A stretch of 64,000 bases of DNA, taken from positions 1,054,001-1,118,000 of the forward strand of contig SMSO01000025.1 in assembly GCA_004764695.1 (NCBI GenBank), read 5' to 3'. The notes beneath the pieces are model-generated. The model did no database searches and had not been told where the DNA came from. It saw nothing but the letters and a program-made list of their open reading frames with translations. Made by a program: the position numbers and the translations under genes. Shown here in pieces: positions 49,547 through 62,819 of this stretch (within the stretch, counting starts at the first letter, position 1; the number at the start of each line of letters is the position of its first letter). Source of the stretch: Schizochytrium sp. TIO01 (taxonomy: Eukaryota; Protista; Bigyra: Labyrinthulomycetes).

Positions 49547-49573
49547 AATCAATCAATCAATCAATCAATCAAT
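49547..49573 (+). repeat. (AATC)n microsatellite
   Basis: Perfect run. Confidence 0.9.
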
Positions 49574-51789
49574 TAACCTGTCGATCAATCGACCAATCAA
49601 TCGCTACCGTGAATCGCAACATTTGCAACACAATGAATGGCTTTTGCGGTGTTGCTTGGCCATTCCCTTACCAGTAGCCGGAAGTTCTTCGTTTCAAGAG
49701 AAAGAGAACGGCACTGGTGCCATGTCAGGTTAGGAGCTCGTACCACTAGTTTTAATTGAGTAAGTTTTTCCTCTCTTTGAATAGTCCTTTTGATTTCATT
49801 TATTTATTTATTATTCATATGTCGAATAAAATGTTAAAAATGGTTTCTCTTAAAACTCGTTATATATACGTACATGGAATATATAGCTCAAGGTAACGAG
49901 CTCACGGGAAGAAGTCAGCGGATAATGAGGGCAAAGCGGAGTGCGTGGCGGCGCTCGTACTACTGACTCGCGATGAGACGGCGGGAATCCTGAGTCTCGA
50001 CAGCTGCGCAGAAACGAGCACCTGTGAGGGAGGGAGCGAGATCCTTCGCACTGCAGACTGCAGCCTGGATCAGGGGTATGCTTTATCTCCGTTTCTGACC
50101 GCTTTGACTTATCTTGGAAAACCCAGTTCCCTGCCTAGCTAGTAGCACATTGGCCTCTTTCATTGTCCGAGCATGAGAATTAGCCATCAGTTACATATTC
50201 GCAATGAGGGGAAAGTTTTCTTTCAAGCTTGCCTTTGCTTGCTTGATGACCCAAGAATCGAGAATCGAGAATCGACTGGACCAGCGCAACCCATTTTCGC
50301 ACCTCTTTTGCGTTGTGCAGGCTTTGTTTGGCGCCGCACTTATTATGAATGATATAGGTACCCCTACGTGCTGATGTGCTTTTTGTTTCTTTGTTTTTTC
50401 TTTTCAAGTGCGATGTAGCCTGTAGTAGGTAGGCTATGTGATGTGTGTTTTTTAATGTCTGCTTCTCTGTTTGGTAACACCCAACAAAAGCGAGGCTGGC
50501 CTGGGCGCGGTTCATACCGTGAAACCCGGGCCCTCTGTAGAGGATGGTCGAAGCGCAGGCCGGTTTCCGCGCGGCCGCGACGGCAATCTGTCTGGCTGGA
50601 GGACGGATCGAGAATGCGCGCAAATTGCCGTCTCGCCCTTTTATCTGGGCTTGTCGGGCTTTTTCGAAGCCACTCATCTTTCCCATCACTGCGCTTTCAT
50701 CTCTTAGATTTTTTAGGTATGTATATTCATTATTACACGCATCATTCATTATGCATGTATGTATGTATGTAAGGTAAGTATCACTCACTATCTTAGATAA
50801 CTAACCTGCATCGCTTTTTCCTTTTCTTTGCGTTTTCCACTTGAGCGGTGCTAGGTAAGTCCTAGCTGGCTCGCTACTGTTTCTCCCTTTTGCTTCTTCT
50901 TTGTTTGTTATTTCATGATTCGTTGAATGAGATGAATCTCTGATCATAATAGAAGAAGTGGCTCGAGAGCGAGCGAGTGGCGAAATACGGGAAAGCAGCC
51001 CGCCGAACACTGCAAATATATGCCTGCCACGCATGGGAAATTAGCCAAAGGCGAATAGATAAACCAAGCAATTCCACCAATCTTCAGGCAGGAAGGCAGC
51101 TTTTGCCTCGGCGGCACTGAAGAAATCCGAAGACCAGCAGAGAAATATCCAGGGAAAGCCGGCACCCGCAGAGAGGAAACCAGCAGCATAGAAATAATAT
51201 GGGCAAAGCCAAGCCGCAGAAAAGCTCTCGTCTCTGGCAAGTTGGAAGGAAGCGCCTCTTCCTGGAACTAAGGCTGCGATGATGCGTTTTCGGGGAGAGA
51301 GGCCTTCTTTTCCCTTTTTTTTTCTTTTCCTGCTTTCTTTCCCTTTTCTGTTGCCTCTTTTGTGGTTCTTCGAAAGTTTCTTTTTATTTTATTTATATTT
51401 TATTTTATTTTATTTTTTTGAAAAGAACAACTAGTTCACCATGTGAAGAATCTGATGATTGCGATTGTTTTTGCTGTGAATTGGACAATCAAAAGTTCTG
51501 ACTCCCCCTCCAACTCAGAAGGTCTGAGAGAGCAGAAGCGGTCTAAGAGAGCCAAGATTCCAGGCTTTCAAGACATGCAGAGCACCAGAAGATACCGCTT
51601 GCAAAGAATCGATCGGTTCGGCCGTACACGGATCGATCGCAGTGCCTCTGTGAAACGAGAATCAAGGTTATCCTGGAACATTTGGGATCTCTATTTCCTG
51701 CATTTCAACATCTCTCGGTCTGCAAAGAATCAATCTCCGTCTCGTTTGCATGCAGAAGACCCGCCCAGTCGAGCTCTGCAGCAAGCAAC

Positions 51790-51793
<4 letters not shown>

Positions 51794-51825
<32 letters not shown>
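51794..51825 (+). repeat. (AAGC)n microsatellite
   Basis: Perfect run. Confidence 0.92.
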
Positions 51826-51827
<2 letters not shown>

Positions 51828-52794
51828 CCTCGTCTGTCTCAGCCCTGAACGTCTCCAGCCGTTTGACGAGCACAGCATCTATCTGGTCGAGAGGATACGC
51901 CCTCGAGCAAGTGCTGCAAGCGCAGCTGTGCGACGTCATCACCGCGAGGGTGGTCTCCCCAGAGAACAGCCGCAGCAGAGAAGAGAACGCTGGAACACCT
52001 GCGGCCTGCTTATTCCCCTATTCATTTAGGCAGGCGGGTCCCACGGCTCCGGCGTTCTCTATGGCCTCTCGGCGGGTACTTGTTCTCCATTGCGGCATTG
52101 CGGCAGAGGAAACGGACGAGGCTGAGCGCCGCGAGGGCCGTCTTCTTCGAACTTTTCGAAGCCTTCGGTCCCGTCGAGGAGCGAACGCCACCTCCGCTGG
52201 GAAGGCTGAGATTCAAGCCTGTTGTCGCAATGTCCGCTCATTCGTTCTCGCTGCCTCTGTTTCTGCTAGTTATGCTTAGTAAGTATTAGTAGTAGGTAAG
52301 CAAGTGCTACGATGCTTTCGTTTGACCTTGTCAGAGAAAGATTCAAGTTGTACCACCTCCCTCATTGCGCTCCTGCGCGCCTGAAACCGCCCGCTGCGCA
52401 ACGGCCCAGAGTGAACCGAAGCGGTAGCGGCACTAGGGGTTGCGCTAGGAGGCCGGCAGGTAAGCAGGTTTCGCTCACGGAGGACTAGGAGTAAGCAGGA
52501 ACACTGGCGTGTCGTGAAACGATTTCAAACAGGTCGGCGGCGATTTTCTCGCCTTCGGGCGCTCACCTCGGCAGTCGAGGAGTCAAGCAAGCAAGAAAGC
52601 ATGCAAGAGGGAACAGGAAACGTCGTCGGAGTCCAGTGTCAGAACTCACACACGCTGCTCACCCAAAGCAGCACTCTTTTGGGGCTGCGACACAAGAACA
52701 ACACTCGGTACTACAACAGAATCCTCACGACGGTCAGCACCGTTCTTCAAAGTATTCCCACTGCTGCTCTAGAGTTTAGTGCTTTATTAATTCG

Positions 52795-52911
52795 AAACAA
52801 ATTAAATCAAAACTAAACAAATCAAATCAAAACTAAACAAATCAAATCAAATCAAATCAAATCAAAACTAAACAAATCAAATCAAATCAAATCAAATCAA
52901 AACAAAACAAA
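52795..52911 (+). repeat. Compound (AAATC)n array punctuated three times by AAAACTAAAC
   Basis: aaatcaaaactaaacaaatcaaatcaaaactaaacaaatc... higher-order structure is visible. Confidence 0.92.
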
Positions 52912-54132
52912 CTTTATCACCGTTCTTTCATAAGTGGAACAAACTTGAAAAAAAAAAGGAAAAAAAAAAAAAAGGCTTTTGTTCATTTTGTTTTTAACTG
53001 TAAAAAGGTTACTTGTAAAATCGTTGGAGAAACAAAATAAAATATGCTTCAAGGGGGTGTCGCCCCTTTTACTTTTTACCTTTTTTCCTTTCATGGGATG
53101 GATTTGTGCTTTCACGCTGCGTCATCACTGCTCTGCTTCGCTTAGGAGATAGGTAGGGAGATGGTACTACTACCTTTCGGATCCGTTCAACGCCAAGAAC
53201 AGTTTAAGAACAGGCGTATCCACAAGTGGAGGTGGGCGGGCTATTTTCAGACAGGCCGGTTCCTCGCTTGAAAGAAAGAGGGAAAGAAAACCACGCAGTA
53301 GCCGGCCTGCGAGGCCCTTTAACCCCCTTTGACCGGCCATATACGCTGCCGGATCCTTCGAAGCCACCCCGCCAGCTCAGTGCCTAGCATCCCAACGCTG
53401 TCCTTCACATCTTCCCGCCAAGTTTCATCATTGGAGAGAAGTAGAACACGGCCAAATAACACAGTCAAAAACCAGTTTATAGTTTGCTTTTACTTTTTAT
53501 TTTTATTTTAGAATGGAAAGAGTGGAACGACCCCCTATCCACGGCCGTGGTGTATTTTTTTTTTTCAAACTACTTTTTTATTTGTTCCTAAGACCAAAAA
53601 CAAACTAGTCAATCTAAAAAAGAAAAAGAAAAGAAAAGAAAAGAAAAGAATAAAAAGCCCCGCATAAATAAAAGAACAGAAACAGAAAGAGGCGACGGTA
53701 CCACCCCCGTAAGTCCCCAGAACCGGGACCTTCGTGCCGTTCGTTCAGTCGCTGACGCAGCGTCATCACCTCTGCCGTTAAGGCTTTCGGGCGCGAAATG
53801 CATTTCATGCAGGAAAGCCTGCCAGCGGGGTAAAGCTCGCTGGCGTGCGAGCGAGCGAGCGCAGAAAGCGGCAGGGGCCGTCCCTGTGAGGACTAGTACT
53901 TCTGAGCAGCGAGGAAAGTAGAAGGGAAAACAAACAAGGCGCCGCCTGAGGGCTTGGGCCTCTTCTACGCGCAGTAGTAGCTATCTAATCTAGTCAGAAC
54001 GCAAAGAGAACGCAACGAGAGAGAGAGAGAGAGATAGAGAGGCGAGTTAGCCTGAACGCGAAGACGAACTTCGAAAGGATGTATGGACTTGAAGGTACAT
54101 ACATCGCGATGGATTCGTTCGTCAATGTGAGC

Positions 54133-54218
54133 GAGTCGGTCGGTCGGTCAGTCAGTCGTTTAGTCGTTTAGTCGTTTAGTCGTTTAGTTGGTCGGTCGGT
54201 CGGCCAGTCGGTTAGTCG
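54133..54218 (+). repeat. Compound repeat (GTCG)n-(GTCA)n-(AGTCGTTT)4-(GTCG)n
   Basis: Seen directly. Confidence 0.9.
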
Positions 54219-57200
54219 CTGTTCTCGAAGGAGACGGCGATCGATCTCCGCTGAGCGAGTGGCCATCATGGAAAAACGAGGGATTGTAAGGAAGAGGATG
54301 GTTGGTGGAACAGGGTCGTTGTTGTTATTGTTGTTGTTGTTTACCTTGTTTATCTTGTTTGCTACGGCTGCTCTTGTTATTCTGCCTCTTCTTCAGAGTT
54401 GCTGAAGAGAGTTGTCAAAGTTTGGCTGTTTTTATTTCCTCGTGTTCTTGATGATGACTCGCGAAAGAAGCGATGACTTACTTTTTTTAAAAATTCAACT
54501 TGAATGGAAAGGTACGAGGTCGAAAAGAACAGCGGAGCGCGTAGCGCTATGAGTCGACTAAGCATCGCTAGTCAGGTGGCCTTGGAGTTCTCTGAATTCC
54601 AAATGAACAAGTTCTACGAATATTTTGCTTATTCACATATATGAGGGTAAAATGAATGGAATGGATGAATCACATAAATGAATGATTTCCAAACTTGTTG
54701 AAGATTTGTGTGTTTGAGAAATATAACAGCGTCCGGAGCGGCGTCCGCGTCCTTCAATGCTTGCTCTATAACGGGTTGGAGGCAGGCAGGCAGGCAGGCG
54801 GCTTAGGATCGAGCGACCGCTTATCATTAGAAAGCCAGGAACAGCAGCCGATCAATGCTCTTCTCTATTGACCACTCGAACCACGTGGCTGTGGCTTTCT
54901 TCGTTCAATCATTTGGCGGCTTCGTATACCCTTTCTTCGAGCCAGAGATGAGAGTCATGAGTGAGAGAAAAGGTGTTCTTCCTCCTTTCCTCACCCAAAG
55001 ACCAAATTATCAAATAAACAAACAAATAAACAAAGAGACTGTTTCATCTGTTTTTATTTTTATTTTATTTTTGTTAAATTTCCTTTTAACAAAAATAGAA
55101 CGCTCCGCGAAATCTGTCATCCATCGTCTTTGACAGAACACAGTTTATGAGGTGCCCGCTCCAACTAAAAACGCAGCCTGTCGTCAGTCGGCATCACCGC
55201 CGGAAGGGCCCAGAAAGGCTCCTTTCCAGATAGACGTTTAGCCCCAGGCAAAAGGAATAGCCACGGCGAAGGATGCGCAGGATAGCTAGCTATAGCCCGC
55301 AGATGCAGTAAGGGAGTAAGCAAGCCATGTATGTATATTGTTCAAAGAATCGCGCGATCCCTCCTGGAAGCAAGGCAGCCACTGATGTGAAGTATTTTTA
55401 TGTTTATTTCTATGGGGGCTTTCATTCAACCAGTGAGTGCCTATACATATATATATCCTGGCACGTTCAATCGGCTGATTTCACGTTTCTTGGCTCTCTC
55501 TTTCCCCTTGTTTCTCGCGTTATTGCTCTCTTTCATTCCTTCAATTGAAAACTCCGTGCCTGAGATCCTTGGCCGCTTTCCGAGGTCCACGCCGCATAAT
55601 AATAAGCGCGGCAAGGAAGAGAACAGGGCTCTTGGCGACAGCGCAGGCCCATGGTCTGATAGGTTTCGTACCATCGAAGATGATCGATGATCGACGAAAG
55701 GGCTTCACTCGCGCTAGTTTCCTTCTTTGAATCAAGTTGAAGAAGAACAAAAAGAACAAAAGAAACAATCGAAAGGACCATAACGAGACCGTGCGATCTG
55801 GAATTAGTCGCTTCGCCGCGTCATCAGGTGTTCCGTGTTCTATATTTATATCAGAACGGTAGCCATCGCTGATTCTCGCTACCTCTAGCAGAGTAGTTCT
55901 TGTTCCCCCTTTTCTCCCAACATCCACTGGGAACTCTAATTGTTTCATACTTTTTTATGATTATGATTATTATTATTATCTATGGAAACCATTTTTAATA
56001 ACTTGTTCATATTTAACAATAAGCATACTTTTATACTTCCATTAAAAATAAATAAATAAATGTTTATGTAATTACTTTCTTTTCTTTTCTTTTAAGCCCT
56101 TTAAAAAGAACATGAATGTTTCCAGCTTTAAAAAACAAAATGTTTAATACTGATGCCGTTCCTTCTGTGAAGGCAGGGCTGGCATGCCAGGAGAAGGAAG
56201 AGGAGGCTGCCAGCAAGCTGAGAATTGCGAGCTGCCAGAGGCGGATCACACGAGACTGCAGTGCGTAGGTAGGTACCCATGTAAATCTCACCAAGTATTT
56301 CAATCCTCTGAAGAACACCTTCTGAGCTCCTGATTTCAATGCTTTATTTGTGATTTCTTGATTTCACAAATCTCGATGCTAAAGTCGGACTAGAAGGAAT
56401 CTTAGAACTCCCGAGAGCAAGCTCGTATTGCGCATACTACGTCCTAAGTCGTATCGTTTTATTACTATTATTATCTTTTGAAAAAAAATTAAATTAAATT
56501 ATAAATATTCTTTCAATCGAGCATAAATTAAAACAATACAAATCAACATGTGACAGATTGGGCTCATATGATGACGCCTCAAGTTCTCTCGCGCTGGTCT
56601 GAGCAAAGCTGGGTGGTAACGGCTTTCGTCACGATTACGCAGCGAGCCCGAGCACGTTTCACCGCAGCCATCAGCGCGCCTCCATCTTCGCACGAGCGCA
56701 CACGAGAACGTACTTACCTCCCGCCGGGCCCAGCCAGGTAGTACCTACCTCGATGTGGTTCTTCGAGGAGTCCTACTCGCTTTTTATAGGTTACCCTAGG
56801 ACTAGGTCGATTTGAAATCCAAACCACAGAGGCCCTCGTGCAGCAAATCAGTTGGTTACCTGCCGACGAAGCTGGCACGCTTCACTCGGGCATCGTCCTT
56901 TCAAGCGGGGTTTCCCGTGGCTTGGCGATGCTTTCACGCTCCTCGCAGCGCCGGTAGGTACGAGGCACCGGGACAGCGAAAGCTAGTTTAGCCCTGGAAG
57001 CTGCATTCATTGTGTATCCACGTGCCGCTGCGCATTGGCCAGCCCAGAGCCGTAGCCTGTCCGCCAGAGCGACGAGGAGCACACCGCGTGAAAGGTACTT
57101 ACTTGGTTGCTTGGTTGCTTGAATGCTTGCTTGGCTGCTTGCTCACGATCCCAAGCGCCTGCTCAGTCTCGGGAGCGAAGACCAGTCTGGCCAGGCCCTC

Positions 57201-57253
57201 GAATGAAACATTCGAGGACGAAGCTCGCCGAAGGTCCAGCACCGAGGAGATGC

Positions 57254-57296
57254 GATGTGATGTGATGTGATGTGATGTGATGTGATATGATGATGT
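57254..57296 (+). repeat. (GATGT)n microsatellite
   Basis: Six perfect units plus a degenerate tail. Confidence 0.92.
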
Positions 57297-57846
57297 TTCG
57301 TACCCACTGCTGCAGCGGCTCGTCGAACGTGGCAGACGGGCTCTGGCTTCGCGGACTGAAACGAGTTTGCGAGAATGCATGCGAGAAACACCACCTTGTG
57401 CCGCCAGCAACCAACGGCAGAGCCCTGGAGCCGGGATGCCGTTGCTCTCCTCCTCCGCCGCTCCGTATTCCCTGACGTGCATACAGCAGGCAGCAGGCAG
57501 GCTCGAGGCTGTGGCTGTGGCGACGGGACCCGAAGTTCTGGCTGAGCAGGAGCCGCCGCGTGAGTGCGTGCGTGAAGCCGCTTCTTCAGCCGCCGAGAAG
57601 CTCGAGTCCTGTGGAGGGACTTGGAAAAGGGTAGTAGCTTCTGCAGACCTGGGTAGCTGTAGCTACTGCCGCCAGCTCCGCGCAAGCTGCCCAAAGCGCG
57701 GCTGGCGCCACAATCTTCGCGCCTCATCTTCCTGCAGCTGCCTCCATCTTCGTCCGCGGGTGCTCGCTCTCTCTCCAAGAGCAGCTGCCGCTGGCCAGGA
57801 AGCTTGGCCGCTCGCTCGCTGGTTTGCAGCCGCCGCGTCCGCTGCT

Positions 57847-57910
57847 TCTCTGCGGTTTGAAGTCTCTGCGGCTTGAAATCTCTGCGGTTTGAAATCTCTG
57901 CGGTTTGAAT
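57847..57910 (+). repeat. 16-bp minisatellite x4 (TCTCTGCGGTTTGAAA), each unit carrying a TTTGAA or CTTGAA motif
   Basis: Units start at 57847, 57863, 57879 and 57895, with 0-1 mismatch each. Confidence 0.95.
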
Positions 57911-58196
57911 TCAATCAAAGCGCATTTGCATTTAATTATTCATGCGAAGATTTTTCAAAAACTGACGTTGAGGTTTCATTCATTCTTTCCATTCACCCAA
58001 GCTAGGAGCTTCCTACCGCTTCAGCGGTCTCTTGAAAAAAGGGCAAAGAAAGAAAGCATTCTAAATAATACATCCATTTATATATAGATAAATGTAAGTT
58101 TAACTGAATTGTCGGAGTTTTGAACAGTTGAGTTTAACGAGTGATCGCGCTCAGTGCCTGGCCGAAGCGAGGCCTGGAGGAGACGAAATCCATAGA

Positions 58197-58240
58197 CAAA
58201 CAAACAAACAAACAAACAAACAAACAAACAAACAAACAAA
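58197..58240 (+). repeat. (CAAA)11 microsatellite
   Basis: Perfect run. Confidence 0.95.
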
Positions 58241-60413
58241 ATAAATAAATTATATAATTGGGGCAAGCGCCGGCGTGAGGAAGCCCAAGTGCTAGTCGTG
58301 GAAGTAGGCAGGTACATGGCCTTGCTTCAGAGCTTGGATTACTCGACGTAAGCTCAAGCATGGCTCCTCCAGATTTCCCGGCTTAAGGCTGTTCTTTCCT
58401 GCCTTTTTATTCTTATTTATTTTTATCTTTTTATCTTTTTATATTTAATTAACTTGAGAATGAAGTTTGCGGAACGCAAAAAGCTCGGGCGCGATTTTCT
58501 TCTTAGTTGAAAAGAAAGAATCTGACGGATAGAAACCACCAGGCTTCAACTTCGAGGGCTCTAGCGCTCATGCTGCCCAAAGCACAGTCGGGGAGCGCCC
58601 ACCTAGTGCACAAAATAACCAGGCACGCTACGGGTACGCATAAATGCAACGCTTCGAGAAGCCTTTTGCGCGAGCAGAACACAGAGCGTGCGTTATATAT
58701 CCATCTACCAAGAATTAGTTCATTGTGCGAGGAGATTAAGAGGATGCCGAGATTTCCTGTGAGCACAGGGCAAAAAGATCCTGCTCTTGGGATGCCGATG
58801 CTGCGGCGACCTGCTTTAAAGACAGCGCATGGTTGAAGAAATCCGGGTTGAAATTTCGCAAGCGGGCGTCTCCTAGCAGGCACCTACCTCCCTCCACGCA
58901 GAGCCTGCGCAGTTAATCGTGCCTTGAACTCCAAGTCTCAAGAGGCGAAAATCTCAAACACTTGAACTGAAGCAATGCGTCGGTTGCCTTTTCCGTCTGT
59001 CTTTGGAAAATCACTCACATCTCACGAGAACGGAAGGATGGACCGCTTCGTGACCAATTAATATAGCAGGTGCCCAAAGAAAGCGACAATAAGAGCAGCA
59101 AAGCACGAAGCAAGGCAACGAAAGAAAAGAACAGACTTCCCATGGGTCCTATCTACTATTCTATTCGTGAGTTTGATTTTAATTCTTGCAAAGAAGAAAC
59201 AATAGTAGTAAAGTAATAGTAATGGTAATAGTAATGAGCAAGCAATTCGCGATAATCCAGCGACGGGGAGACAGCAAAAGGATTGCAGTCCGCAGAGATG
59301 AGCGACCCGCCAGGCATCTTGGAGCAACAATCAAGCAAGCCACCAAGCAACCAAGCAGCTCAATATCCACCTGGCTCTCATGCATGTCATGCCATACCAT
59401 GTGTCTACCTATCTACCTTTCGATCCATTTATCCATCAATCTATCTGTATATGTAGGTACCTGCGTATGTGTTTGTGAGCCATGTACCAATGAACGATCC
59501 CTCTCCTTCATTGAATGTGCTACAACCAACACCACAACTGCTAACAGTACCTATAGGGGTCCTACCGTAGGGAACGAAACTGGTCGCCTTTGATTCGCCG
59601 GCAATGTAAATTAATACCCGCTTTGATAATATTCAGACTTGAAAAATAAGTTTTAGTTTTCCTATAAAAGAATCCACTATAAAGAAAGCGCTTTAAAAAT
59701 ATGAACCCGCAGATTATTATTGATCGATCGAACGATCGAATGAACGATTGAATGATCGAGTGCACGAGGTCTCGAGGCTGAGAACTCAGGCTTAGGCTGA
59801 GGAGCCGGAGGCTGTGGCTCTCCGCTCCGAGGCGGGCAGCAGCCCGGAGGCCGCGAAGGCTGAGAAGGAGGCACTCAGGAAGCAAGCACCTCAGGCCGGA
59901 GACCGCCGCCAGTTCAATCCGTCGCGGGTGTCCAGAGGAAGGGAGAGATCCGCGGCGCCCACCAGCTCCTGCTCAGAATACCAAAAGTTAGTAGCTATCT
60001 ATCTATCTATCTATCTATCTATTTGTTATTTAGTAGCTACGCCAGTAGTAGCATAGGCAAGTAAGTGAAAGAAGGCGAACAAAGCAAAGAACGGAGTTCG
60101 AGGTCAACAACGTGAAACAAACGGACTTACAGCAGCACTATTGAAGTCGCGAGGGATTCGCTCGCCTGCGTACGTGCTCTCAGGGCCGCGCGGCTTTGTT
60201 GTCTGCCTGTCTGTCTCGAGCGAGCGAGCAGGCGCCTGCCGAGGTCGGTTCTTCCCAGCGAAGAGTTGGGTGCAGTGAGTGCGACCAACAAGAAGAAGCC
60301 AACCAAGAACCCACCCAAGAAATGCAAATGAAACGCGCTTGAAGAAACACGCGCCTTATGACGATTGATTTGTTCTGGATGGCGGAATTTCGATCTGTCT
60401 CGTAGCAGCTGGT

Positions 60414-60444
<31 letters not shown>

Positions 60445-60642
60445 TCTTCTCAATGCGGTTCTCAGCAGCAGCAGAGGCAGAAGCAGTGGAGACCTCGAGC
60501 TCTCGAAGACCGTTTCGTTGCCCAGCTGATGACGACTCGAGCGGAATACAGCTCGGCTGCCCGGCTTGCGTGCTTTTCTGACACAGAGCACCACTACTAC
60601 GCCAATGACGGCAGCTTCGCATTGCATGCGTGGGTCTTAACT

Positions 60643-60699
60643 GTTTGTTTATTTGTTTATTTATTTATTTGTTTGTTTGTTTGTTTGTTTGTTTGTTTG
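60643..60699 (+). repeat. (TTTG/TTTA)n microsatellite
   Basis: Seen directly. Confidence 0.9.
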
Positions 60700-62819
60700 A
60701 TAGTTCTTCCTGGTTTTGCTATAATTTATTCGTGCATGGTTCGATGGGTCTTCTCGCGGATCGCCTTGTTCCAAACACCCTCACCCTTTCAAAGGAATGA
60801 AAGGCGCCGCCGCGATGTTTTTAATTCTTAATGTTTAGATTATTTTTAATTTAATTAATTAAACAGAAAACATAAAACTAGAAAGCCTGCCTTTCCTTTT
60901 CATTTTGAAAGATTGTGTTCAGAATACATCGAAGTTCTTCTCATCCAGGTGTAGCATGCATGCATGTATCGCTTCATCGTCATGATTTCTATTTCCACGG
61001 TGGGGTCGTCTTTCCTCGAGTTGTAATCGATCTTCGTCTTTCCACTCACCTGCTACCTCCTGTCGCGGGCGCTTACCATAACGGAGGCCTTCGTTTCCGC
61101 CACTATTGTGCACCAATGCCAGCTCGCAAACACAATTAATTCACCGCTGCAAGCGCTAATGTTCTACCCGTTCTTTTTTTAGCCTTTTAAAAAGGAAAGC
61201 TTAGCTACACATGTTTGTTCGTAATCATTTTCCCATTCCCTAATCTTTTCATTCTTCTTCAAACTAAATATATACTTTAAATAATTGCAAAGTACATGTA
61301 TTTAGTTTGATTTATTTAAAACGTTCTTCTTCAGAACAGAAGTTGAAAAGAAACGGTGTTCCTTTTCATTTGCCAACAGCAGGTAGGGGTGAGATGAGAC
61401 GAGGACACTAACAAGGCATCCCGTTCAAGTTCCTCCTTCCGTCCGCCCGGTTGAAGGAGATGTTTAATTTTTATTTGTTTTTGTTTGTTCTCTAGAGTAA
61501 TGCTCTTTCTTTTACTCACTTGTGTTCTTTCTGTTTTCTCTCGGAAATGGTGTTTGCTCTTTTCCGCTCCCTCACGAGGTGACGCGGCGCCAAAGACAGC
61601 CGCAGAGAGTACTTGCTTATTATGATGAGGCACGAGGCAAGGTTACTTAGAACAAGGGAATAAATAGTAACACCTCGCTTCGAAACCGAGCGCAACGACA
61701 GCAAGAAGAGAGAACACCACCTGGGAAAAGAGAAATTGTCCAATAAATGGAGTGTTCCTTTCTTTCTTTCTCTCTCTCTCTTTCCCTTTGCTTTTTCTTT
61801 TTGTTATTTACCATTTGAAATTGAAATGATTCAAATTGAAATGATTAAAAATGAAATGATGAAGAAATGGTAAGTAAGTCAGACTGCTGGCGTTCTTTCT
61901 TTTTTTCTCCACCCCTTCTTCGTCCTTTGTGTCTCGCCGATCTACAAATAAAGTCCAAGAATGAAAAAGCAAGGAGTCACTGCGTCGTCACCGGACCGCA
62001 TATAACAGAAAGAGAGCAGAAAACAGCAACACGATGCCGTCCGTCCACCTCCTCGCCTGATTTATTATGATTATTAAAAAAAATAGAAACATACTACAGG
62101 AATAGTAAATAAACATTATGATTTCATGAAGAAATAAATAAGAAGAGAACAGTACAGTAGACAAATATTTTTGTTTACGCTTTCGTTTTAAATGAGTTTT
62201 AAACAGTGTTTCGTTTTTAGTAACAATTTTCTCTCCCCCTCCTTCCATCTGGAGCATGGCGCAGCCCGCGAAAAGTTAAAAGGAAAAAACACCCGCCATG
62301 GGATTTCGGACCTGCGACAAAAAGAAAAGAAAACCAAAGAAAGTTAGAACAGGAACATTTTTCCTTTCACCCCCAAAAATAGCCGAAGCCAAACGAGGCC
62401 GACTGACACATGAGGCTCGTCCCCCCGAGGGACCAAGAACCGCCTCAGAAAGAACAGAGCGTCAGAGGGAGAAAGAAAGAAGGAAAGAGAGAGAGAAAAG
62501 AACACCGCGAGTACTTCTTAAAGGTATGGTAAGGAAGGAATAAAAACAGAGAAAGGAAACATACGAAATGTATGTCTGCCATATATAATAGGGAGCAACT
62601 GCATCGAGACCGGCGACGCCTGGCGAGCAAACCCGCAACTCCAGTCAGCGAGCAGCAAGCAAACCCGCAATCGAAGCGCGAACCAGCCAGTAGCCAGCCA
62701 GCCAGCCAGCAAGCAAGCAAGCCTGTTAGCTAGTATCGAGAGCACAAACACAGCGCCAAAGCCAAAGACTGGTGGGTTGCCCTACACACGAGAAGAAACG
62801 TAAAAACCTCAGATCCAAG

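Noticed and set aside
50180-50788. 202-aa minus-strand ORF
   Set aside because: Starts within a (TACA)n repeat and crosses poly-A tracts; no domain.
51443-52279. 278-aa ORF in the desert
   Set aside because: Runs through an (AAGC)n microsatellite (KQAS repeats), is R/S/A-rich, and shows no codon bias or domain.
57847-57910. 16-bp repeats as a CRISPR-like array
   Set aside because: Head-to-tail with no spacers, too short, eukaryotic context.
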